Source: Malacoraja senta (taxonomy: Eukaryota). Taken from it: a stretch of DNA of 64,000 nucleotides. The notes beneath the pieces are model-generated. The model was not told the origin of the DNA and did not search any database. It saw only the letters and a list, made by a program, of their open reading frames with translations. The stretch covers positions 62,001 to 126,000 of the forward strand of contig JAXLNO010000556.1 of the NCBI GenBank assembly GCA_038087875.1. Direction: 5' to 3'. The position numbers and the translations under genes were made by a program. Below, piece by piece: positions 37,767 through 50,004 of the stretch; position 1 is the stretch's first letter, and each line of letters begins with the position of its first letter.

Positions 37767-38434
37767 AGGATGCTCAGTATTTTACCCAGTAGGGGAATCA
37801 ATGACCATAGGACATAGGTTCAAGGTGAAGGGGAAAAGATTTAAAAGGAATCCGAGGGGTGGTGTGTGTATGGAACAAGCTGCCAGAGGAGGTAGTTGAG
37901 GCTGGGACTATCCCACCGTTCAAGAAACAGTTAGACAGGTACCTGGATAGGTCAGGATTGGAGGATTATGGACCAAGCGCAGGCAGGTGGGTCTAGGGCA
38001 GTTTAGACAGTTTAGGCTGGGTTGGGCGAGTTGGGCCGAAGGGCCTGTTTCCACACTGTATCACTCTATGACTCTATGACTCTATGACTCTATCACCCTC
38101 CCTTCCCTCTCCCCCTCATCCCTCCACCCTATTCCTCACTCCCTCCCTGTCCCCTCCCTCTCATCTGCCTCCCCCCCACTCCCACTGCTACACTCTGCCT
38201 TCTACTGCCTCTCGATGCCTCCCTCCTCCTCCCCAGATACCTCCCTCTGCCTCCCTTTCCCTTCCTCTCTTGCCTCTCATTCCTTCCCCTTCACTCCCCT
38301 TCTCTCTGCCCTGTCTCTTCCCCTCCGTCTCCCCCTCTCTCCCCCCCTCTATCTTGTCTCCCCTTGTATCTCCACATCTCTCTCTCTCTCTACCCCATCC
38401 CTATTTCTCTATTGTCTTCCTCTTCTACTGGACA

Positions 38435-40900
38435 ATGTGAAAGGGGAGGTGAGCAGCCAGAGCTCATGGTCCATATCACTAGCAAAGACACGGGTAGGAA
38501 GGGAGATGAGGTAGGGAATGAGACAGGTTGGGAGAGGGGGCAATGAAGTGCCAAATGGAATATAGTGGAGCAGAGTGTGGAGTCATGCATTTTGGTTGTT
38601 GGAATCAATGTGTGGACTATTTTATAAATGGGGAGAGAATCCAAATATTCAGAGATGCAAACGCACTTGGGAATGCTGGTGCAGGATACCCAAAAATTTA
38701 ATCTGCAAGTTGAATCGGTAGTAAAGAAAGCAAACTCAATGCTAGTATTTATTTCAAGAGGACTTGTCTGCAAAACAGGGATGTAATGTTGAGGCTCTAT
38801 AAGGCGCAGGTAAGGCCACATTCGGAATATTGTGAGCAATTGTATGTACCGTATCTGAGGATGTGCTGACTATGGAGATGGTCCAGAGGAGGTTTACAAG
38901 AATGTCCCCAGGAATGAGCACGTTAACCTATGATGAGCGTCAGTCGGCACTGGGCCTGTACTCAGTGGAGTTTAGAAGAATCCCCTTTGGAACATATGGA
39001 ATAGGGAAAGGCTTTGATAGAGTGGATGTGGAGAAAGTGTTTCCACTAGAATCTAGGACCACAGGCCATGGCCTCAGAATTAAAGAACGTTCTGTTAGGA
39101 AGGAGATGCTGAGGAATTTCTTCAGCCAGAGGGTGGTGAACCTGTGAAATGATTTGCCACAGAAGGCTGTGGAGGCCAAGTCAGTGGATAATGTTAAAGC
39201 AGAGAGATGGATACTTGATTAGTACTGGTGTCAGAGGTTATGGTGAGAAGCCAAGAGAATGGGGTTAGGAGGGTGAGATAGATCAGCCATGGATGAATGG
39301 TGGAGTAGACTTGATGGGCCAAATGCATAATCCTACGCCCATTCCTTATGACCTCATGACAGGTGGTTAAAAAAGTAATTCCTCTCTATAATCTCACTCT
39401 GTGTAGGAAGGAACTGCAGATGCTGGTTTAATCCGAAGATAAAGACAAAATGCTGGAGTAACTCAGCGGCATAGGCAGCAACTCTGGACAGAAGGAGTGG
39501 GTGTTGTTTCGGGTTGAGACACTTCTTCAGACTGAGAGTCAGGGGAGAGGGAGACACGGAGATAAGGCAATCGCACTACCTGTGCCCCGTGTTCAAGAGA
39601 CAAGAAAGAGGAAGACAGTGCAGATCAGTAGGTGACTCAGGAGCTGGTGCAGGGGGTGGGGGCTTCAGAGTCATACAGCATGGAAACAGGCCCTCTGGCC
39701 CAACTTGTCCATGCCCATGCTCCATACACTCGAACTACCAGCCTGTGTTTGACCCATATCCCTGTACACCTGTCATATCCATGTACCTGTACACATGAAT
39801 GTAAAATGTTATCATAGACTTTGTCTTTGGAACTGATGTGTTACAATGCTGGGAGATATATTCTGCACTCTGTATCTTGCACCTTGCTTCATCTGTTGTA
39901 CTCGAGTTTGACGTGTTGTGTTTATGTTCAGTATATCCTTATCTGATTGTATAGCATGCAAAACAAAGCTTGACACTGTAACTCGGTACATGGGCAGAGT
40001 ATTAAATAGGAAAGGTGCATTAATTCGGATGGGATTCTGTAGGTTTCCCAAAAGCCAGCTGAGGAACAGCAGAGGAACTGTGACAAGTCTCAGGTGATGC
40101 TTTGCTATGTCATGAGCTCAGTAAATGATTGAGTCGTTGAGGGTGTTGCACAATAGAGCACAGTTATACGACAGGAAGGTGAAATCAGATATACATGTAC
40201 TGAGAAGGACAAGGGCTGATTAGGGATAGTCAGCACAGATTTGGTGGAAGGTTGTTTTTCAGACGGGAGGCTTGTGACTAGTGGTGAGAGCGTACAAGGC
40301 ATGAGCAGCAAATTTGCAGCTGACACTGAACTGGGTGGTATTGTAGATACTGAAAATGTTTGTGAGAAATTGCAGCAAGATCTTGATCGGTTGGGCAGGT
40401 GGTCTGAGGAATGTCTGATGGAGTTTAATACAGAGAAATGTGAGGTGTTGCATTTTGTGAAGTTTAATAAGGGCAGCACCTACACAGTGAATGATTGGGC
40501 TCTTGGAAGTGCTGTGGAGAAGAGGGATCTATGAGTGCAATACATAGTTCCTTGCAAGTGGCATGATGGGTAGCTATTGTGATTAGAAAGGCATTTGGCA
40601 CATTGGTCTGCATGAGAGTATTGTGTAGAAGTTGGGAGGGTTATAGTTGTATATGACGTTGATGAGAACACTGTCAGAGTAATGTGTTCAGTGTTGGTCA
40701 CCGTGTTATAGGAAACATGTTGTCAACCTGGAAATGGTGCAGATAAGTTTTACGAGGCTGTTGCCAGTATACGAGGGCCTGAGCTGTAGAGGGAGATTGG
40801 GCAGGCTAGGACATTATTCCTTCGAGCGCAGGAGGGTGAGGAGTGAACTTATAGAGATGTAGAACATCATGAGAGGAATAGATCAGGTAAATACACCGTC
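38435..40900 (+). repeat. Segmental duplicate A2, with a CR1 insert 38530-39356
   Basis: Collinear with A1. GACAGGT TSD around the CR1 insert, which is absent in A1. Confidence 0.88.
40043..40093 (+). other. Candidate 51-nt exon, copy 2
   Basis: Identical to 27428-27478, with the same AG/GT boundaries. Confidence 0.5.
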
Positions 40901-42594
40901 TATTGCCCAGGTTGTGGAAATCAAGAACCAGGGACATAGGTATCAGGTGAGGGGGGAAATATTTAATAGGTACATGAGGAGTGAATATTTACACAAAGGT
41001 CATTGTGTATATGGAACGAACTGCCAGAGGAGGTAGTTGAGGCAGGGACTATCATAATGCATGAGATATATCTGTGCAGGTACGTGGATAGGATAGGTGT
41101 AGAGGGAAATGGGCCAGTTGACATAGTGTAGATGGAGCATGTTGTTTGGAGTGGGCAAGTTGGGTCATAGGGCCTGTTTCCATGCTGTATGACTCCATGT
41201 CTATTGACCATTAAGCATCTGCTTATCAACCAAACCCCCTTCACCTGTTTCCACCCACCATTCACCAAGGTTTGTCCTGACCCTCTCTCCACCTTTATCA
41301 TCCCCCCAACACAATCAGTTTGAAGAAGGGTCCCAACCAAAACACCACATATCAATGTTCTCCACAGATGCTGCCTGACGCGCTGAGATACTACAGCACT
41401 CTGTGTCTTTATTTTGAACCAGCATCTGTAGTTCTTGTATCTCCTGGTAACTGTTAAAGTTTTAAGGGACATCGCTCGATATGTTTCCATCAGACGGTAT
41501 CCCGGTGCACATTCGCATAATACATTGTTCATAAATGTAATTCCAATAACGATAGATATCTATATTGAGGGTGTACTTTTCCATTACTACACATTGACCC
41601 CGGTTCCATTCACTCTTCGGGTGCAGTTTATGTGGAGTTTGTATGTTCTTCCCGTGACTGTGGATTGTCTCCGGGTGCTCCGGTTTCTCCACCAGACAGA
41701 GGGTGGTGGGTAGCTGGAACTAGCTGCCATATGAGGTAGTTGAGGCAAGTACCATATCAACATTTGATGTACATTTGGACAAGGATACGAACAGGAGAGT
41801 GTGAGAGGGACATGGGCCAAACACGGGCAGGTGGGACTCGTGTAGATGGGACATCTTGGTCAGAATGGGCAAGTTGGGCCGAAGGGTCTATTTCCGTGAT
41901 GTGTGTCTATGCAAGTTTCCCTACAAGTGGAGAGTCAGGTGGACAGGGTGGTGAAGAAGACACTTGCCTTCATGGGCAAACCGACTGAGCACAAAGGTTG
42001 GGGCATCGTGATACATCTGTACAACTCGTTGGTAAGACCACACTTGGAGTAGTGTGCACAACTCTGGTCACCAAGCCACAAACGAGATTTACGAGGAATG
42101 TTACCTGGGCTGGCAGACTTGATATGGGAAGAGGTTGGATAATCTGGGGACTTTTCCTTTGGAGAGTGGGAGGATGAGGTTTGACCTTATTGAGGTGTAC
42201 AAGTTCACGAGGAGCAACTTTTAAACCACCATTCACAAGTAAGGTATGTGCCGTAATAAGCACCGGGCAGTGGCTCTGACATCCACCATCATGAAATACT
42301 TTGAGAGACTGGTGTTGGTGCATATTAACTCCAGTATCCCAGCCAGCCTTGATCCATTACAGTTTGCTCATCAACGCAGCCGGTCTCCAGCAGTGACCAT
42401 CTCCCAGCCCTAAACCCATCTCTGGAATATATAGACAACAAGGTGTCATAGGAACATAGGAAATAGGTGCAGGAGTAGGCCATTCGGCCCTTCCAGCCTG
42501 CACCGCCATTCAATATGATCATGGCTGATCATACACAATCAGCACCCCGTTCCTGCTTTCTCCCCATATCCCTTGATTCCGTTAGCCCTAAGAG

Positions 42595-42794
42595 NNNNNN
42601 NNNNNNNNNNNNNNNNNNNNNNNNNNNNNNNNNNNNNNNNNNNNNNNNNNNNNNNNNNNNNNNNNNNNNNNNNNNNNNNNNNNNNNNNNNNNNNNNNNNN
42701 NNNNNNNNNNNNNNNNNNNNNNNNNNNNNNNNNNNNNNNNNNNNNNNNNNNNNNNNNNNNNNNNNNNNNNNNNNNNNNNNNNNNNNNNNNNNNN
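42595..42794. other. Assembly gap (200 N), followed by (GA)n to 42890
   Basis: Run of N. Confidence 1.
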
Positions 42795-42828
<34 letters not shown>

Positions 42829-42834
42829 GAGAGA

Positions 42835-42893
<59 letters not shown>

Positions 42894-42979
42894 CCCGGAT
42901 GTCTGGCGCTGTGAGGCAGCAACTCTACCGCTACACCACCATGCCGCACTAGTGTGTGAACGGGCGATCGCTGGTCACA

Positions 42980-44222
42980 TGTTCTAGGAGCAGAATTAGC
43001 CCATTCCGCCCATCAAGTCAACTCCGCCATTCAATCATAGCTGATCTATCTCTCCCTCCTAACCCCATTCTCCTGCATTCTCCCTATAAACCCTGACACC
43101 CGTACTAATCAACAATCTATGTATCTCTGCCTTCAATATATCCACTGACTTGTGGCCTCCACCGTCGCCTGTCGCATCGAATCCCACAGATGCACCACCC
43201 TCTGGCTAAAGAAATTCCTCCTAATCTCCTTCCTAAAGGAACGTCCTTGTGATTTTGAGTCTGTAACCTCTGGTCTTAGACTCTCCCATTATTGGAAACA
43301 TCCTCTCCACATCCACTCTATCCAGGCCTTTCACTATTCAGTGAAGTTTAAATGAGGTCCCCCCTCGTTCTTCTAAACTCCAGCGAGTATAGGCCGAGTG
43401 CCGACAAACGCTCAACGCACGTTAACCCACTCATTCATGGGATAATTCTTGTAAACCTCGTCTAGACCCTCTCCAGAGCCGGCACATGCTTCCTCAGATA
43501 CGGGGCCCGACAAGACTCCAAATACGGCCTGACCAGCGCCTTGTAGAACCTCGACATTTACTGTCTTGTTTTTGTATACAAGCCTTCTGGAAATTTGGCG
43601 GCAAGAACAGGAAGGCAGATTATTATCTGAATGATGTCAAGTTGGGAAAAGGGGAAGTCCAACGAGATCTGGGTGTCCTTGTTCATCAGTCACTGAAAGT
43701 AAGCATGCAGGTACAACAGGCAGTGAAGAAAGCGAATGGCATGTTGGCCTACAGAAATTCCTCCTCATCTTCTTCCGAAAGCAACGTCCTTTAATGCTGA
43801 GGCTGTGCCCTCTGTTCCTAAACTCTCGCACTAGTGGAAACATCCTCTCCACATCCACTCTATCCAGGCCTTTCACTATTCGGTGAAGTTTCAATGAAGT
43901 GCCCCCCCCCACCCACTCGTTCTTCTAAACTCCAGCGAGTACAGGCCCAGTGCCGACAAACGCCCATTGTATATTATTCATTCTTCCAGTTCCAAACTAA
44001 ACAAATTTTTGTTCCATTACAGAAAATGGTTTGAGAAAGAGATATTGATAAGGCAGAGATACATGTAGATAGATTATTGATTAATCCGGGTGCCAGGGAT
44101 TATGGGGAGAATGCAGGAGAATGGGGTTAGGAGGGGGAGATATATCAGCCATGATTCAATAGCGGCGTGCACTCGATGGGCCGAATGGCCTAATTCTGCT
44201 CCGAGAACTTGTGACCTCATGA
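42980..44222. mobile_element. Cluster of CR1/HER1 fragments in alternating orientation
   Basis: VQRDLGVLVH and TTLWLKKF-type segments and tails. Confidence 0.8.
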
Positions 44223-44224
44223 AT

Positions 44225-44660
44225 AAATTATTTCTCTCTTTGATTTTCTTTCAATTATAAAATCAACTTTTTTCTTTCCAATAACCAAAGTAAACGTTTT
44301 ATCTATAATTACTAAAACAAACTTTTATCTTTTTACTTCCCAACCATTTTTTCTCTCTAACTACTAAAATAAACTATTAATATTTTTAGTTGAAAGTTCT
44401 TTAATTTCAAAAAGTGAACATTTTGATTTTTTACTTGAAAAATAACTTTTAAAAAAATTTAATTTCAAAAACTAACTGCTCCCTCTCTCTCTAATTACTA
44501 ACAGAAATTTACATTTTTATTTGAACAATAAACGTTTACAATTTGTTTAATAAATTATTTCACACGAATTTCTTAAATAAACTTTTTCTGTATATTATTG
44601 AAATAAACTTTTGTCTCTCGAATTACTAAAACAAACGTTTCTTCTCTACAATTACTAACA
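44225..44660 (+). repeat. AT-rich degenerate minisatellite
   Basis: Recurrent TCTCT..AATTACTAAAACAAAC(G)TTT unit. Confidence 0.6.
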
Positions 44661-44737
44661 TTGAACGAGCTGCTGGAGGACGTAGTTCACACAGCGACTT
44701 TTTAAGGTGAATAGGTGGAGGAGGATTTTGTGGTGCA

Positions 44738-45942
44738 CACTCTCTACCACATCTCTTCTCTCATCTCTCGCTCCTCTCCTCTCTGCCCCCTCTCTCTCTC
44801 CCCTATCTCTCTCTCTGCACCCCTCTCTCTCCCTCTCTCTGTGCCGCCTCACTCTCCCCCTCTCTCTCTCCCTCTCTCTCCCCTCTCTCCCCTCTACTCT
44901 ACTTCTCTCCTCATCCCTCTCTATCGCCTCTCTCTCTCTCCCCTCTCTCTCCCCCCTCTCTCTCCCCCCCTCCCCACCCTCTCTCTCCTCTCTCCCTCTC
45001 CCTCTCTTGCCCCCCTCTCTCCCCTCTCCTCTACCTCCTCTCTCCTCCTCTCTCTCTCCCCCCTCTCTCTCTCTGCCGCATTCTCTCTCCCCTCTCTCTC
45101 TCTCTCTCTCGCTGCCCCATCACACTTCCCTGCTCTCTCTCTCCCCTCCCTCTCTCCACTCACTCTCTCCCTCTCTCTCCCCCTGTCTCTCTCGCTCATC
45201 TCTCCCTCCAACTCTCTCCCCCCTCTCTCTCTGCCCCCCTCTCTCGCCTCTCTCGCTGACACTTCACTCTCCTCCTCTCTCTCCCCTCTCCCCCGCTCCT
45301 CTACCTCCTCTCTCCTCCTCTCCCTCTTCCCCTATCTCTCTCCACTCTCTCACTCCCCCCTCTCTCTCTCGCCCTCTCTCTCTCTCCCCTCTCGCTCTCC
45401 CCTCTCTCCCCCCTCTCTTGCCCCCCTCTCCCCCTCTCCTCTACCTCCTCTCTCCTCCACTCTCGCACGCCCCTCACTCTCTCTGCCCTTTCTCTCTCCC
45501 TCTCTCTCTGCCCACTCACTCTCCCCTCCTCTCTACCCTCCCTCCCTCCCCTCTCTCTCCTCTCCCTCCACCCCTCTCTCTCGCTACTCTCTCTCCCCTC
45601 TCTCTCTCCCCTCTCTCTCTCTCTCCCCTCTCTCTACCCGTCTCTCTCTCCCCCAACTTTCTCCTCTCTCTCTCCCCCTCTCTCTCTCTCCACCCTCTCT
45701 CTCCCACCATCTCACTTCCCTCTCTCAAACCCCACCCCCCCACTCTCTCTCTCCCATCTCACTCCCCCCTCCCTCCCCGCTCTCTCTCTCCCCCTCTCTC
45801 TCCCCTCTCTCGCTCCTCTCTCTCACTTCCCTCTGTCCCTCTCCCCACTCTCTTTCCCCCTCACTCTCCCCCCTCTCTCTCTGCCCTCTATCTCTCCCCT
45901 CTCTCTCCACCCCCTCTCTCTCCATCCTCTCTCTCTCTCCCC
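44738..45942 (+). repeat. (CT)-rich polypyrimidine tract
   Basis: ~1.2 kb of C/T. Confidence 0.95.
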
Positions 45943-46267
45943 AATTTATCGAGGATTGCCAACTTTATCACTCTCTTGTGGAAGAAGTGCAATGGATAAG
46001 GGGGAGCCAGTGGATGTGGTGGGTCTAGACTTTCAAAAGGCCTTTGACAAGGTCCCACACAAGCGATTAGTGTGCAAAACTAGAGCACATGGTATTGGGA
46101 CAAGGCTATTGACATGGATACAAAACTGATGGGCAGACAGGAAGCAAAGGGTAGGGATTAACGGGCCCTTTTCAGAATGGCAGGCAGGAATTAGAGGGGT
46201 GCCGGAAGACTTAGTGCTGGGACCCCAGATACTTATAATATTTATTGACGCTTTAGACGAAGGAATT

Positions 46268-47570
46268 ACAACTGGGCTGGCGGGCCGATGACAGAGCACA
46301 TGAGGGATAACGGAACCGGTGATTCCAATGCTGTGCAAATGTTCATGAGAACAACAGGGAAACAGACACTTCGGCCCGATTTATCCATGCAGATCGAGAT
46401 GCCTATGAAGCATGATGTCCATGATGTGAATGAGATTACAAGTGATTTCATTCACTTGTCTATGTCTCATATCCCTCCATTCCTATCCGAGACAAACGGC
46501 TGTCCAAATGCTGTTTATTTGCTGTGACGGTATCTGCCACCACCTCCACTTATGAAGAGCTTGCTCTATCTTTGGTGTGGAATACCTGCCCGCCCATCGG
46601 TTTTCCCTTAAATCTTTCCCCTTTCCAATAAACTGAAGTTGTGTAGGTTTAGATTCTCCTAGCCAGGGAAATAACTGTCACCATCTACTCAATCCTGCTG
46701 TAATTGACATAATTTCACAAGCCTCTGCAAGGTCGCCCCTCAGTATTCTTGCTCCAAAGAGACCACTCCCACCCGATCGAATCTGTCTTCTAAACAAACG
46801 CTGTCCATTCCAGATAACATCCTGGTGAACCTGTTCCGCGCTGCCTCTGGCAATAGGACATCATTTCGATAATATGGTGACCAGAACTATACAAAAGGTC
46901 CTGGCAGATATTTGAAATACAACCGAGTAGAGCGAGTGCTGCACTTGGAGGAGCAGTGAAGTCTTGATTTCTCTTCATTTGGATGTTCAGCTGTAGTGCA
47001 AGTGTGTTGAGAATCAGACGCAGATGGGAAGTGACACCGCCAATCAGTGAGTCCAGAGTTGTCAGTACCGATGAGCTGTAACCATGGGAAAATGTGAATT
47101 AACTGTAAAACAGAGGAATCTAGGACGACAGCAGGTACATAGTGGTTTGCAAGTAACATCACAGGTAGATAAGGTGGTCAAAAAGGTTCTCGGCACATTA
47201 GCCTCCATCTGTCAGAGCATTGAGTATAGACACTGGGAGACCGTGTTGTAGTTGTATAAGATGTTGATCAGGCCGCATTTAGAGTATTGTGTTCAGTTTT
47301 AGCCACAATGGTATCGGAAAATGGTGTCAAGCTGGGAAGGGCATGGAGAATGTGTAGGAATGAAGTGCAGAAATGGTATTAATCGAAGGTAGACACAAAG
47401 CCCTGGAGTAACTCAGCGGATCAGTATGAAGAAGTCTCGACCCGAAACGTCACCCATTCCGTCTCCCCAGAGATGCTGCCTGACATATACTCCAGCATTT
47501 TGTGTCTGAGGGTATAGACACGATTTATGAGGATGTTGCCAGGACACGAGGGCCTGATCTAGAGGGAGAG
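46268..47570 (+). repeat. Segmental duplicate B1 (paralog of 50005-51204)
   Basis: Collinear, e.g. TTCCTATCCGAGACAAACGGCTGTC and GTTGTCAGTACCGATGAGCT in both copies. Confidence 0.88.
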
Positions 47571-47671
47571 GTAAAACGTTGTTATTTTTATTTCAAATGT
47601 TGGACTTTAAAGGGTTAATGCAGGTTCAGTATCCATAATTAATTTCATCTGTAATGAGCACTAATTCCATA

Positions 47672-48170
47672 TTGCTGCTCTATTTATCCACGCTGGTAAA
47701 CACGGCAGGTGTAGATGTATTAATTTGTTATTTTCATCCTAATTAACAGTAGTTTAGTGCCTCTCTCCCTCCGGCATTCAATGTAAAGAATAACACATAA
47801 TACTGAAAATTAAAATGTAGCTTCATATCTGAGAAAAGGGGATTTGGGGTAACTGTGATGCACTGCCCTTCAACCCCAGTGGGAATATTAGTTCCAGCCG
47901 GTGGGTGAACACTGGCTGTGACCCTGTTATATATGTATATAACACCTTGCTGCTCTATCCACGCTGGTAAATACGGCACGTGAAGATGCATGAATTTGTT
48001 ATTTTCGTCTTAATTAACAATGGTTTGAAATGCTAATTGCCCCTCTCCGGGATAGAATTGAAAGAAAAACACATAATGGTGAAAATAATAAGATGCAGCT
48101 TCAGCTCTGAGAGAGGGTGGGTTGAGAAACGGTTCCACCCAGCCGGTGAACGCAAGGCGAGGCTGTGTTC
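47672..48170 (+). repeat. Diverged 275-bp tandem duplication of non-TE-looking sequence
   Basis: TTGCTGCTCTAT..TCCACGCTGGTAAA at 47672 and 47947. Confidence 0.85.
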
Positions 48171-48804
48171 AATCTGCAGTTAATTTTGTAGTGAACTACT
48201 TCAGACCAGTCGACAGGTAGATGTGAATTCAAACCCACGGATCAGACAGCAAGGTCGGTCTGAGTGTAAATGTCCAACTCACTCGTCTGGGCTGTCCCCA
48301 GTGCTTTAGAAACATAGAAATATAGAAAATAGGTGCAGGAGTACGCCATTTGGCCCATCGTGCCATTCTATATGATCATGGCTGATCATCCTAAATCAAT
48401 ACCGTTCCTGCTTTCTCCAAATAGCCCTTGATTCCGTTAGACCGAAGAGCTAAGTCTCTTTAGAAAACACCCAGTGAGTCCTCCACTACCTTCTGTGGCA
48501 GAGAATTCCACAGATTCACAACTGGCTGGGTGAAAAATATTTTCCTCATCTCGGTCCTAGATGGCCTACCCCTTATTGTCAAACTGTGACCACTGGTTCT
48601 AGACTCCCCCAACATCGGGAACAGTTTTCGCCTGTCCCATCTCTTAAGAATTGTATATGTTTCTAAGATCCTTTCTCAACCTTCTAAATTCCAGTGAATT
48701 TAGAGAGAGCTCTCACACACTTAGACTCTATTTTTCTGCCTATTGATCAATTAAATCAAGAGAGCATTTCTCCGTTCCTGCTGTGTATTATTGTTGTTAA
48801 TATT

Positions 48805-49716
48805 ATTAAACTTTATTTCAGACTCAAGGTCCAGACAAGAGACGACATTACATAAAATACTTTGCATATAAAAACACCATAAAATACATTTAAAAGGTTA
48901 GTAAATTACATACAAGAGCATCATAAATTATGTACGAAAACACAGTACATGATTTAAAATCCAGAATGAAAAGACAGATCAGTGTCCTACAACGAGACAT
49001 CGATACCAATGTCTCCACAACTGGGATTAGTAGCGTGTAGTGCTAAACTTTATGTTTGATAAGACCACGATAATTACATGTTTAGTGTCATTAATCCTGC
49101 AAAAGGACTCGGAGCGGGGCCTAACATCGCCCGGCGATGTTTAAATGGCCGCGGGATTTACCATCGCCCGCCGGGGGCTTTAACATCGCTTTAACATCGG
49201 GAGCCCCAATCGCCTCAACGCTGCAGTTGGACTGCTGGACCGCGGGAGAAGAACAAAGGGAAGAGATAAGACGTTTGCCTTCCATCACAGTGAGGAGCTG
49301 TTGGAGATTCACTGTGATGGATGTTTGTGTAAATTGTGTTAAGTGTGTGTCTTGTTTTTTTTTTGTAATATCAAGACTGTAGGAATGAAATTTCGTTGAA
49401 ACCTTGTCTGTTTGAATGACAATAAAAGGCATTCTATTCTATTCTATATCCTCATCATCTGTCATTTGATCTGTGATAAAAAAAGTCCAAGATATTTTAC
49501 CTTATTACAGACAGTAAGATTATTGTCAGACAATTTAAAATCAGGAAATTTTAAACATTTATCCTCTTTGGTTCTACAGATTATTACATCACTCTTACAA
49601 GCATTATATTTGATATCATGTTCCACAACATACACAGAACATATAGTAAGGAGCTGCTGGAGACCAGCGCTAGATGGACTAAAGACCACAAGATCATCTG
49701 TGTATATCTGGTACAC
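48805..49716 (-). mobile_element. Non-LTR retrotransposon fragment (clade uncertain), interrupted by E4
   Basis: YTDDLVVFSPSSAGLQQLL..KYLG; AATAAA-type 3' end. Confidence 0.75.
49105..49446 (+). mobile_element. 5'-truncated GC-rich element E4, (ATTCT)n tail
   Basis: CCATCACAGTG..CACTGTGATGG hairpin, AAATTTCGTTG..AATGACAATAAA end. Confidence 0.7.
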
Positions 49717-50004
49717 ATGGAAACTGAAAGAAACACTTAAATAATATGTGACATATTGAAATGACCAACGTATATGACAGACAGTTATATCATTTTGTTG
49801 TTTAATCTGTAGCTTTGAGAAAATTGGACAGCTATTGATGTTTAATTCCTTGGATTTCCAGGCTAGAGTTTAGTTTGAGGACAGTGAAGCACCTGTTGGA
49901 CGCTTGCGAGGTAGATGAACGATGCTCCTCCGTTGTCAGTGACAGCACCACCCAATACAGTATTACCACTGTTGTGCAGCCAGTGATGTGTCTGCAATGT
50001 GGCT

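Noticed and set aside
42515..42952. ORFs spanning X residues
   Set aside because: Artefact of the N gap and (GA)n.
35378..46028. Other long Pro/Ser/Leu or Gly/Arg/Glu ORFs (35378-36565, 44707-46028; likewise 29838-30338)
   Set aside because: Translations of low-complexity purine/pyrimidine tracts.
48193..48217. 25-nt micro-exon candidate (ttttgtag..CAG|gtagat)
   Set aside because: Modest splice signals, no paralog support, and it breaks the frame of the other candidates.
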